Origin: Nitrospirota bacterium
GTDB lineage: Bacteria; Nitrospirota; Thermodesulfovibrionia; Thermodesulfovibrionales; JdFR-85
NCBI GenBank assembly: GCA_011051565.1
Contig: DRKX01000089.1
Coordinates: 4,808-68,807 of the forward strand
Length of the DNA stretch: 64,000 nucleotides
Direction of reading: 5' to 3'
The translations under genes and the position numbers were made by a program. The first letter of the stretch is position 1, and the number at the start of each line of letters is the position of its first letter. The notes beneath the pieces are model-generated. The model made no database searches. It saw only the letters and a list, made by a program, of their open reading frames with translations, and was not told where the DNA came from. Shown one piece after another: positions 17,283 through 25,501 of the stretch.

Positions 17283-18370
17283 ACCTTTACCTCCTCGGCG
17301 CCGGGTGATACGACGACCATATCGTACTTCATCGGGAATATGTCGTTGGAGCGCTCCCTGTCGGGTATGGCCTTGTCGAGACCGCACTCCTCGGACATGA
17401 GCGCATACTTGCCCTTCACCCCCCCGACGACTCCGGGCCTGAGCTTCTTTGAGTCCTGCACCATGAAACAGGTGCCGTCCGGTGTGAACCCTATCACGCA
17501 GTTAGGGCCGTCGATGCAGAGGGGCCTCAGCGATATCCTTAGGAAATTGACCGCCTCGCTGTCCGGCCTCGTCTCTATCTCCGAAGCCTTCAGCGGCGTG
17601 ATGACGTCCTTGTAGTACGTCATCGGGTAGCCGAGCCGCCTGCACGTGTAGTGGAGGATGTGCGTGAAGACCTCGCTGTCGCTGTTGTAGCCCATGTAGC
17701 CCGGGAATCCGCGGCTCATCAGGAACTCCCTTATCGGGACGAAGGCCGTGTTCTCCCCGTTCGTCATGGACCCGTAGCCCTGGATGAAGAAGGGGTGGCA
17801 GGCATACAGGTTTATGGCGTAGTTCGTGTTCTGCCTCCCCTGTGCAAGGATGATCCTCGCCTTGAGCGTGGAGTTGTCGAGGCCGAAGAACTCCCCGAGC
17901 TGCAGCGGGTCCCCGACCTCCTTGAGGGTGATGATGTCGGGATAGAAGGAGAAGACGATGATCGACTCGTCAGCCTCTCCCATCCTCCTCAGGGCTATCC
18001 TCGTGCTGAGCAGCAGCGACTCCTTCTCTTCGGTGTCCTTCTCGCGGTATTCGTCAGGATACTCATAGACGCGCGCGAAGTAATAGTCACGCCTCTCGAT
18101 CCCCTTGACCGGCTTGATCTTCGGTGTCCATGTGTACTTGAGCTGAAAGCCGAGACCGTCCATGTAGCTGTCGAGGGCGTGAAGTCCGTCCTTTGAACAG
18201 ATGCCCGACAGTATGGGGTAGTCCTTCAGCTCCTCGAACTCTCCACCGAGGTCCTTGAGGATGAGACCCATTCCGGAGCCGTCATGCCCCTCCTTCATGG
18301 TCTCGAGGGCGAGGATGTTCTCCATGGGAGATATGTATTCCGACGACGTAATAGCTGACAGACGGCACAT
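17243..18370 (-). CDS. Glutamate synthase glutamine amidotransferase (class II, Ntn) subunit
   Basis: The N-terminus is MC (MCRLSAITS). The Cys directly after the initiator Met is the hallmark nucleophile of class II GATases. HDGSGMG is also present. Confidence 0.85.
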   Translation of the reverse strand: MCRLSAITSSEYISPMENILALETMKEGHDGSGMGLILKDLGGEFEELKDYPILSGICSKDGLHALDSYMDGLGFQLKYTWTPKIKPVKGIERRDYYFARVYEYPDEYREKDTEEKESLLLSTRIALRRMGEADESIIVFSFYPDIITLKEVGDPLQLGEFFGLDNSTLKARIILAQGRQNTNYAINLYACHPFFIQGYGSMTNGENTAFVPIREFLMSRGFPGYMGYNSDSEVFTHILHYTCRRLGYPMTYYKDVITPLKASEIETRPDSEAVNFLRISLRPLCIDGPNCVIGFTPDGTCFMVQDSKKLRPGVVGGVKGKYALMSEECGLDKAIPDRERSNDIFPMKYDMVVVSPGAEEVKVWNQLQGWTTTMS

Positions 18371-18465
18371 CTCAAAACTCCTCTGAGGGAAAACGCATCC
18401 CTGACGTCAGGATAACCACAGACGGGAGGCCCCTTCTGTGACGCAGGCTGTTTCAGCCGTCCGTA

Positions 18466-18495
18466 ATGATAAAATTAATCCCGCGCTTTTGTCAA
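18466..18495 (-). promoter_or_regulatory. Putative promoter of the glutamate synthase operon
   Basis: On the minus strand: TTGACA (plus 18490-18495), an 18-nt spacer, then TATCAT (plus 18466-18471). Confidence 0.45.
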
Positions 18496-18531
18496 ATAGA
18501 CATAAAAAACAAAGGGTTCCGGGGTCCTGCA

Positions 18532-19473
18532 TCATCCGGGCATGAAGGGGCTCTTGAGAAACTCGTTTCTCTGCGCCGAGCGGACGGTGTTCTCCAGGAG
18601 CATGGCGATGGTGACCGGTCCGACCCCGCCTGGAACTGGGGTGATGAAAGATGCCTTCTTCTCTACGGACTCGAAGTCGACGTCGCCGACGATGCTGCCG
18701 TCGCCGAGGACGTTGATCCCTATGTCCACCACCACGGCGCCCTCCTTCACCATGTCTCCGGTTATCAACCCCTGCACGCCTGTCGCCGAGCATATTATGT
18801 CCGCCTGGCGGGTGAAGGCCCCCAGGTCGCGCGTCTCCCTGTGACAGACGGTCACGGTGGCCTCCTTTGCGAGGAGCATTAGGGAGAGCGGCTTGCCCAC
18901 GGCGAGGCTCTTGCCGATGACGACCGCGTGCTTCCCCCTTATCGCCGCGCCGTAATGCTCAAGCAGCCTTATTACGCCGAACGGTGTGCAGGGCAGGAAG
19001 CTCGAGACCGTCGGCATGAACCTGCATTCATAGAGCATCTCGTAGTATCCCTCCTTGAATATCTGGAAGGTGGACTCGTCCGCTGCGAGCCGCCCCACCG
19101 AGAGCGAGCCGAGGCCGTCGATGTCCTTCTCCGGGGCTATCTCGTTTACGACCCTCCTGGCATTGATCCTCGGCGGGAGGGGGAACAGGATCAGCAGGCC
19201 GTTGACCCGCTCGTCCCTGTTTACCGAGTGGACGACGTTGAGTATCTCGTTCAGCGAGGCGCTCTCTGGGAGCCTGTAGCGGTACGTGGTGACTCCGACC
19301 TTGCTGCATGCCTTCTCGGTGGCGTGGAAGTACTGTATCGATGCGGGGTTCTCTCCCACGAGCAGGAGCCCCAAACCGACCTCGAGGCCGTACTGCCTCA
19401 ATTTCTCGATATCCTCCCTTACCTTCTCTCTTATCCCTTCGGCAAGGGCGTGACCGTCCATAATCCGTGCCAT
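18532..19473 (-). CDS. folD: Bifunctional 5,10-methylene-THF dehydrogenase / methenyl-THF cyclohydrolase
   Basis: The start MARIMDGHALA has RBS AAGGAGGA. Motifs are ILFPLPP, EKDIDG, PCTPFGV, AVVIGKSLAVGKP and PVPGGVGPVTIAML. Confidence 0.9.
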   Translation of the reverse strand: MARIMDGHALAEGIREKVREDIEKLRQYGLEVGLGLLLVGENPASIQYFHATEKACSKVGVTTYRYRLPESASLNEILNVVHSVNRDERVNGLLILFPLPPRINARRVVNEIAPEKDIDGLGSLSVGRLAADESTFQIFKEGYYEMLYECRFMPTVSSFLPCTPFGVIRLLEHYGAAIRGKHAVVIGKSLAVGKPLSLMLLAKEATVTVCHRETRDLGAFTRQADIICSATGVQGLITGDMVKEGAVVVDIGINVLGDGSIVGDVDFESVEKKASFITPVPGGVGPVTIAMLLENTVRSAQRNEFLKSPFMPG

Positions 19474-19689
19474 AGAGCCTTCCTCCTTGACAGTTTCGTG
19501 CTCGTGCTGGTTCGCCTGTCCCGCCAAGGCTTCCGGTCCTCGGAAGACCGGGCGGCAGACTTCAATTATAACCTAATTTCCACCGCAAGGTATAAATGAA
19601 GGCAGGCGGTGCGTCTTCGGAATGCAGGTAAAGGCGCGGCCGGGCTCGTGATGGACTGAACTTCGGCAGGGTGGGCCGAGCCGTGGGCC

Positions 19690-20283
19690 CTATGCGCACC
19701 TGTCGTAGAGGTCCCTCTCGATCAGCATCTCGGCTATGGTCTTTCGGAACCTTGCGGTATGGTTCAAGGCGCGCCTCAGCCGGCCTTCTATGTCGGCTAT
19801 CCCGACATAGAAGGGGGTGCGGTCGATCAGGTGGGTCCATTCCTTGCTGCAGGTCTCGTTGAATACCTTGCACCCGGTGAATCGCTGGCTGCCCTTCGCC
19901 GGGTGGTCGAACCTTCCCGGAAAGCCGTGTATCCTGCAGATGAGGGGCCTGTGTTCATATATCCTGCAGAGACCGTCGAAGTTGAGGGGACACATCAGGT
20001 CGAGCTCCTCCTCTCCGCCTCTGCCCTGGGCGAGTTTGTCGAGATACGCCCGTCCCTTCTGCATGCTTTCGTCGCGGATCCGGGCCGGCAGCCTGTCGAA
20101 CCCTTCGAGGAGTCCGAAGTACTCGATCAGTGTGTAGTGGTAGAAGACGGTCCGGCAGCAGTTGTCCTCGCAGCCGTCGCAGCTGAAACCGTAGTGGTCG
20201 GCGGCTTCCCTGAATGCATCGTCGATCCCGCTGTATATGCGGAAGAGCCTGCCTGTGAAGAGTGCCTTGTCGAGCGCCATCAC
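19690..20283 (-). CDS. YkgJ-family zinc/iron-chelating Cys-cluster protein (CxxCxxCC)
   Basis: The motif FSCDGCEDNCCRTVFYH is followed by downstream Cys residues (CPLNFDGLCRIYEHRPLICR). Confidence 0.7.
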   Translation of the reverse strand: MMALDKALFTGRLFRIYSGIDDAFREAADHYGFSCDGCEDNCCRTVFYHYTLIEYFGLLEGFDRLPARIRDESMQKGRAYLDKLAQGRGGEEELDLMCPLNFDGLCRIYEHRPLICRIHGFPGRFDHPAKGSQRFTGCKVFNETCSKEWTHLIDRTPFYVGIADIEGRLRRALNHTARFRKTIAEMLIERDLYDRCA

Positions 20284-20456
20284 TGGCCGCCTTCGCTCTC
20301 ACTGCAGTCGCTGCAGGGGAAATAGACGTTGACCGCCTCCCTGATTCTCCTCAGCGTCTCCTCCTCGGTCCTGCCGCAGGCCTTGTAGCCGGGGAGGCGC
20401 GCAGTCTCGGCGACCCAGAGGCCGTCCTCTCTCCGGTACATTATTATTTCCTTCAT
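20280..20456 (-). CDS. Small HicB-like / UPF0150-fold protein
   Basis: The 58-aa product reads MKEIIMYRREDGLWVAETARLPGYKACGRTEEETLRRIREAVNVYF. This resembles the N-terminal domain of HicB-family antitoxins. The RBS is GAGGAGGG. It overlaps the downstream ykgJ-like gene by 4 nt. Confidence 0.5.
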   Translation of the reverse strand: MKEIIMYRREDGLWVAETARLPGYKACGRTEEETLRRIREAVNVYFPCSDCSESEGGQ

Positions 20457-20509
20457 GAAACCGCCCTCCTCATCCCTCATCAAGACAGCTGAAGCCGTCG
20501 CAGGCATCG

Positions 20510-20989
20510 TTACGCCGGTGATTCCCGCTTCAGCAGGGCCACGGCCATTGCCGCGATACCCTCACCGCGTCCCACGAAGCCCATGCCCTCGTTGGACTTG
20601 GCCTTTATGTTCACCACGCCGTCCGGCACGCCTGTCTTCTCGATCGACCGGATCATCTCCGGTATGAAGGGTGCAAGGCGCGGCCTTTCGGCGATGACGG
20701 TCGAGTCTATCCAGGCCACCTCGAAGTCGTTCATTCTGACGAGCTCGACGATGTATTTCAGCATGTCGAGGCTCGATGCATCCTTCCACTGCGGGTCTGT
20801 GTCTGGAAAGTGCCTCCCGATGTCGCCCGTGCCGAGAGCGCCGATCAGGGAGTCGATTATGGCATGGACGAGCACGTCACCGTCGGAGTGCCCGAGCAGT
20901 CCCATCTCGAAAGGGATGTTCACGCCCCCTATCACGAGGGCCCTGCCGCGGACGAGCCTGTGGGAGTCGTATCCCGTGCCTATACGCAT
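20510..20989 (-). CDS. ispF: 2-C-methyl-D-erythritol 2,4-cyclodiphosphate synthase
   Basis: Motifs are MRIGTGYDSHRL and GHSDGDVLVHAIIDSLIGA. Confidence 0.95.
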   Translation of the reverse strand: MRIGTGYDSHRLVRGRALVIGGVNIPFEMGLLGHSDGDVLVHAIIDSLIGALGTGDIGRHFPDTDPQWKDASSLDMLKYIVELVRMNDFEVAWIDSTVIAERPRLAPFIPEMIRSIEKTGVPDGVVNIKAKSNEGMGFVGRGEGIAAMAVALLKRESPA

Positions 20990-20994
20990 GAGGC

Positions 20995-21678
20995 TCAGGC
21001 GCGGCTCCCGAGGAAGGCCTCAGCCAGGACGAGGTCTTCGCGGGTCGTTATCTTGATGTTGGAGTAATCTCCCTCTATCACCTTCACCCTCCCGCCGCAG
21101 TGCTCGACCAGTGCTGCGTCGTCGGTGAAGTGCAAGCCCGAACGGAGGGCCTCTGCATATGCCTGCATGAGGACCCTGCAGGGGAAGACCTGCGGTGTCT
21201 GGACCGCGAAGAGCCTCTTTCTGTCGAGGGTCTTCTTGACCATGCCGTCACTGACCTCCTTGATCGTATCCTTTACGGCGACCGCGGTGACCACACCGTC
21301 GAGGTCTCCGAGGGCCGAGACGGCCCTGCGTATAATCGAGGGAGTGACGAGGGGCCTCACGCCGTCGTGCACCAGTACGATACAGTTCTTCCGTTCGACG
21401 AGGGCGAGCCCGTGAGATACGGACTCCTGCCTTTCCCTGCCGCCGGGCGCGATCTTCTTGACCTTAGTGAACCCGTATCTCTCCACGATATCGAGCGCCT
21501 TCTCCATCTCTTCATTGCGCATCACTGGTATGATCTCGACTACCTCGTCCACTGCCTGGAGCGCACCGAGGGTGTGGGCTATGACCGGCATTCCGTTGAG
21601 GTCGAGCAGGGTCTTGCCCCCGCCGAATCTCCTGCCCGATCCAGCGGAGGGCACTATGGCGACAACGGGTTTCATCAT
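20995..21678 (-). CDS. ispD: 2-C-methyl-D-erythritol 4-phosphate cytidylyltransferase
   Basis: Motifs are [13 protein letters not shown] and VLVHDGVRP. It lies immediately upstream of ispF. Confidence 0.9.
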   Translation of the reverse strand: MMKPVVAIVPSAGSGRRFGGGKTLLDLNGMPVIAHTLGALQAVDEVVEIIPVMRNEEMEKALDIVERYGFTKVKKIAPGGRERQESVSHGLALVERKNCIVLVHDGVRPLVTPSIIRRAVSALGDLDGVVTAVAVKDTIKEVSDGMVKKTLDRKRLFAVQTPQVFPCRVLMQAYAEALRSGLHFTDDAALVEHCGGRVKVIEGDYSNIKITTREDLVLAEAFLGSRA

Positions 21679-22682
21679 CCCCTCTGGAGTCTCAGCTCCT
21701 CCCTCTCGTGCTCGTCCTTCAGCTTGGAGAAGATCATCCTCCCCGCCGTGGTCTGCAGCACGCTCGTCACGGCGACGTCCACCTTCTTTCCTATGAACCT
21801 CCTGCCGTTCTCTACGACGACCATCGTGCCGTCGTCGAGGTAGGCCACACCCTGATTATACTCCTTTCCCTCCTTGAGTACAAAAACGTTCATCGTCTCG
21901 CCCGGAAGGACGACCGGCTTGAGTGTGTTGGCGAGCTCGTTGATGTTGAGCACTGAGACGCCCTGCAGCTCTGCAACCTTGTTGAGGTTGAAGTCGTTCG
22001 TCATGACCTTCGCATCGAGCATCTTGGCGAGGGCGACGAGCTTTGCATCGACCTCCTTGATGTTCGGGAAGTCCTCCTCCACTATCTTCACCGAGATGGA
22101 GGGCATCTTCTGAATGCGGTGCAGTATGTCGAGGCCGCGCCTCCCGCGGGCCCTCTTGTGCGGATCGGGTGAATCAGCGATGTGCTGGAGTTCCTGGAGG
22201 ATGAACTGCGGGATTATGAAGGTCCCCTCGATGAAGCCTGTCTCGCAAATGTCCGCTATCCTGCCGTCGATGATGACGCTGGTGTCGAGAATCTTGAGGT
22301 TGCCCTCCAGGGCCTGACCCTTGAAGAGCCTGAGGATGCCCGAGACCGTGAGGTTTTTCCCCCTGTTGGCCCCGATTAGTAGTCCGCCGTATCCGAGTAT
22401 GGCGTCCAGGGCGAAAGAGAGGGTGCCTGTATTGTCGGCAAGCACGGGTGCGATGGGGATCAGGGCGAGCCTCGAAAAGAGCAGGCCGAAAAGAAGACCT
22501 ATGAATGCACCGATGAATCTTCCAGGTTTGACCTTCTGGAGAATAGTGTCGGACAAAAGGGTTAGTATCCCCAGGACGACGCCTGCCCCGGCACCCCAGA
22601 ACTCGTGACCGTACCTGCCGCCCATGAAAAAACCACCGGATACAAAGGCGGCAAGAATCAAAAGCTTCATAAGTAACAGCAT
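21675..22682 (-). CDS. Membrane-anchored PIN + TRAM domain protein (YacL-like)
   Basis: The N-terminus has TM helices. A PIN domain ([12 protein letters not shown]..., MTNDFNL) is followed by a C-terminal TRAM-like beta domain. It overlaps ispD by 4 nt. The yacL-ispD-ispF order is conserved in other bacteria. Confidence 0.8.
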   Translation of the reverse strand: MLLLMKLLILAAFVSGGFFMGGRYGHEFWGAGAGVVLGILTLLSDTILQKVKPGRFIGAFIGLLFGLLFSRLALIPIAPVLADNTGTLSFALDAILGYGGLLIGANRGKNLTVSGILRLFKGQALEGNLKILDTSVIIDGRIADICETGFIEGTFIIPQFILQELQHIADSPDPHKRARGRRGLDILHRIQKMPSISVKIVEEDFPNIKEVDAKLVALAKMLDAKVMTNDFNLNKVAELQGVSVLNINELANTLKPVVLPGETMNVFVLKEGKEYNQGVAYLDDGTMVVVENGRRFIGKKVDVAVTSVLQTTAGRMIFSKLKDEHEREELRLQRG

Positions 22683-22745
22683 TACTCACCTCCTCCCCTC
22701 GACCGGCGATGCAGGCCCGTCGGTCCCTGTGCCGGCCGATGACCG

Positions 22746-24206
22746 CTATGGCTTAAGTGCCACGTAGAACTTCCGTCCCCCCCTGTTTATGAACATGACC
22801 ACCATTTCGTCGGGTTCTATCTCCGAGACGATCTTCTTCCAGTCGTCGATGCCGAGGATCCTCTCCCTGTCGATCTCCTGTATCACGTCGCCCTTCTTTA
22901 TGCCTGCCTCCTGGGCGGCACTGCCGGGTTCGACGTTGAGGACCACGACCCCTCTTTCCGACTGGCTTATCCCGAGCTGCTTCGCGATCGCGCCGGTCAA
23001 TTCCGTTACGGTGATCCCGGCGAGGGCCTTGACGTCGTCAGGCCTCTCGTCTGGCAGAGCAGAGGATACCTCGGAGAACTCCTTCGGGAGCTCGTCGATC
23101 GTGATCCTGAGCTTGTTGCTCCGGCCCTCGCGTACGATCGTGACAACCACCTCGGAGCCGACCTTGCTCTGTGCGACCATGTTCCTGAGGGACGAGACCC
23201 CCGTTACCGCCCTTCCGTCGTAAGCGGTTATCACGTCCCCCCTCTTTATGCCGGCCTTGTGCGCAGGGCTGTCCTTGAAGACCTCGCTCACGAGCGCGCC
23301 GGCCGTGGTCTTGAGGCCGAACTTCTGGGCGAGTTCCGGAGTCATGTCCTGGATCGTCACGCCGAGCCAGCCCCTGATGACCTTGCCCTCCTTGCGGAGC
23401 TGCTCCATCACGCGCCGCACCATGTTGCTCGGCACTGCAAACCCTATCCCCTGGTAACCGCCGCTTCTTGAGAATATGGCGGTGTTTATGCCGATGAGCT
23501 CCCCGTGTATGTTGACGAGGGGCCCGCCGGAGTTGCCGGGGTTGATGGCGGCATCGGTCTGTATGAAGTCCTCGTAGTCGGCTATGCCCACATCGGCCCT
23601 GCCGACGGCGCTGACGATGCCCATGGTCACCGTGTGGCTGAGGCCGAAGGGGTTGCCTATCGCGAGGACGAACTCGCCTACCTTCAGCTTTTCAGCGTCA
23701 CCCCACGGAATCGTGGGCAGGCCCCTGACGTCTATCTTTACGAGCGCGATGTCGGTCTTCGGGTCGGCGCCGACCACCTTGCCCGTGAGGGTCCGCCTGT
23801 CGTATAGGGTCACCTTTATCTCGTCGGCCTGCTCGACCACGTGGTTGTTCGTTATGATGTAGCCGTCATCCGAGACGATGACGCCCGAGCCGAGGCTCTG
23901 CTCCTTCCACTTCCTCGGAATCTCCTGGAAGGGGTTTATGAAGTCGAAGAACGGGTCGTTGAAGAGCGAAGGCCGCTCTCTCCTTACGGTCTTCTTGGTG
24001 GATATGTTTACGACCGACGGAGAGACCGCCTCGACGACCTCTGCAAAGGCCCTGCTCGTGTCCACCACCTTCTCCGACAGCACCGGCGGTGTATGGACGC
24101 TCCTCTGCGGTATCCTTACACGCTCATATATCGAGTAGTAGGTGAGCCCTCCGATAAGGAATCCTATAAGTAATGTTAATAACCCGAAAAGTATCTTCTT
24201 TTTCAT
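22746..24206 (-). CDS. Periplasmic serine endoprotease DegP/HtrA with two PDZ domains
   Basis: The catalytic triad contexts are TNNHVV, DIALVKI and GNSGGPLVN. Two PDZ-like segments follow. Confidence 0.9.
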   Translation of the reverse strand: MKKKILFGLLTLLIGFLIGGLTYYSIYERVRIPQRSVHTPPVLSEKVVDTSRAFAEVVEAVSPSVVNISTKKTVRRERPSLFNDPFFDFINPFQEIPRKWKEQSLGSGVIVSDDGYIITNNHVVEQADEIKVTLYDRRTLTGKVVGADPKTDIALVKIDVRGLPTIPWGDAEKLKVGEFVLAIGNPFGLSHTVTMGIVSAVGRADVGIADYEDFIQTDAAINPGNSGGPLVNIHGELIGINTAIFSRSGGYQGIGFAVPSNMVRRVMEQLRKEGKVIRGWLGVTIQDMTPELAQKFGLKTTAGALVSEVFKDSPAHKAGIKRGDVITAYDGRAVTGVSSLRNMVAQSKVGSEVVVTIVREGRSNKLRITIDELPKEFSEVSSALPDERPDDVKALAGITVTELTGAIAKQLGISQSERGVVVLNVEPGSAAQEAGIKKGDVIQEIDRERILGIDDWKKIVSEIEPDEMVVMFINRGGRKFYVALKP

Positions 24207-24303
24207 TACTTTTATTATAATAGTCAGTCCGGGATAAATGCAAAAACGGAAAAATTTCCTGATGCTACATCAAGCAGAGACAGGGAGGAAAAAGGGGAGA
24301 GAT

Positions 24304-25386
24304 ATGTCACGAGTGTTCAATTTCAGTGCAGGGCCTGCCATGCTGCCCGAGGAGGTGCTGGAGCAGGCGTCGGCGGAGATGACGGACTGGCGCGGCACGG
24401 GCATGTCCGTGATGGAGATGAGTCACCGCGGCAAGGAGTTCTCGTCCATTGCCGAGAGGGCCGAGGAGGACTTGAGGGAACTGCTCTCGGTGCCCGACAA
24501 CTACAGGTGTCTCTTCCTGCAGGGCGGAGCGTCGAGCCAGTTCGCCATGGTCCCGATGAACCTGCTCAGGGGCAGGGAGAGCGCGGACTATATCAATACG
24601 GGCTCGTGGTCCAAGAAGGCCATTGCGGAGGCCGGGCGTTTCTGCAGGGTGAACGTTGCTGCAACGTCGGAGGCGAGCAACTTCACCACTATCCCGCCCC
24701 GCGAGCAGTGGTCCCTGAACCCCGAGGCCGCCTATGTCCACTATACGCCCAACGAGACGATCGGCGGGGTGGAGTTCCACGGCATACCGGATGTCGGGGA
24801 CGTCCCCCTTGTGGCCGACATGTCGTCGACCATACTGTCGCGGCCGCTGGATGTCTCGAAGTTCGGCGTGATCTATGCCGGTGCACAGAAGAACATCGGG
24901 CCCGCCGGTCTGACCATAGTGATAGTAAGGGACGACCTGATAGGAGAGGTCCTCCCGGGCACGCCCACGATGTTCGACTACGGGGTGCATGCAAAGGCGG
25001 GTTCCATGTACAACACGCCTCCCACGTACGCCTGGTACATAGCCGGACTGGTGTTCGCGTGGATCAAGCAGCGGGGCGGTCTCGAGGCTATGGCCGAGGT
25101 CAACAAGCGGAAGGCCGACAAGCTCTACAGGTTCATCGACGGCTCGGACTTCTACAGCAACCCGGTTGATCCGGCATGCCGCTCGTGGATGAACGTCCCG
25201 TTCGTACTCGCCGACCCCGGCCTGGACGGCAGGTTTCTCGAGCTTGCCAGGGATGCAGGACTCGTGAACCTCAAGGGCCACCGGTCAGTGGGCGGCATGC
25301 GTGCAAGCATATACAATGCAATGCCCGAGGAGGGTGTCGATGCATTGATCGGTTTCATGGCCGAGTTCGAGAGGAGACATGCCTGA
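24304..25386 (+). CDS. serC: Phosphoserine aminotransferase
   Basis: The start is MSRVFNFSAGPAMLPEEVL. The protein is colinear with SerC over its full length. The track ORF starts at an upstream in-frame ATG (24238), but the RBS GGAGGAAAAAGGGGAGAG precedes 24304. Confidence 0.9.
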   Translation: MSRVFNFSAGPAMLPEEVLEQASAEMTDWRGTGMSVMEMSHRGKEFSSIAERAEEDLRELLSVPDNYRCLFLQGGASSQFAMVPMNLLRGRESADYINTGSWSKKAIAEAGRFCRVNVAATSEASNFTTIPPREQWSLNPEAAYVHYTPNETIGGVEFHGIPDVGDVPLVADMSSTILSRPLDVSKFGVIYAGAQKNIGPAGLTIVIVRDDLIGEVLPGTPTMFDYGVHAKAGSMYNTPPTYAWYIAGLVFAWIKQRGGLEAMAEVNKRKADKLYRFIDGSDFYSNPVDPACRSWMNVPFVLADPGLDGRFLELARDAGLVNLKGHRSVGGMRASIYNAMPEEGVDALIGFMAEFERRHA

Positions 25387-25501
25387 GGTGCAGGCCTTGG
25401 AAGAGCGTCCGCCGGTCCTCGGCCGAACTCGAAGGTGCATTCTTGTGCTTCCGAGATGATGATAAAGTCCAAAAAGATAAAGATGAGGAGGATTCAAGAT
25501 A

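Noticed and set aside
20280-20456. The HicB-like gene was considered as part of a HicAB toxin-antitoxin system.
   Set aside because: No HicA-like (small dsRBD-fold) ORF lies adjacent on either strand, and there is no C-terminal DNA-binding domain. It is kept only as an orphan HicB-fold protein.
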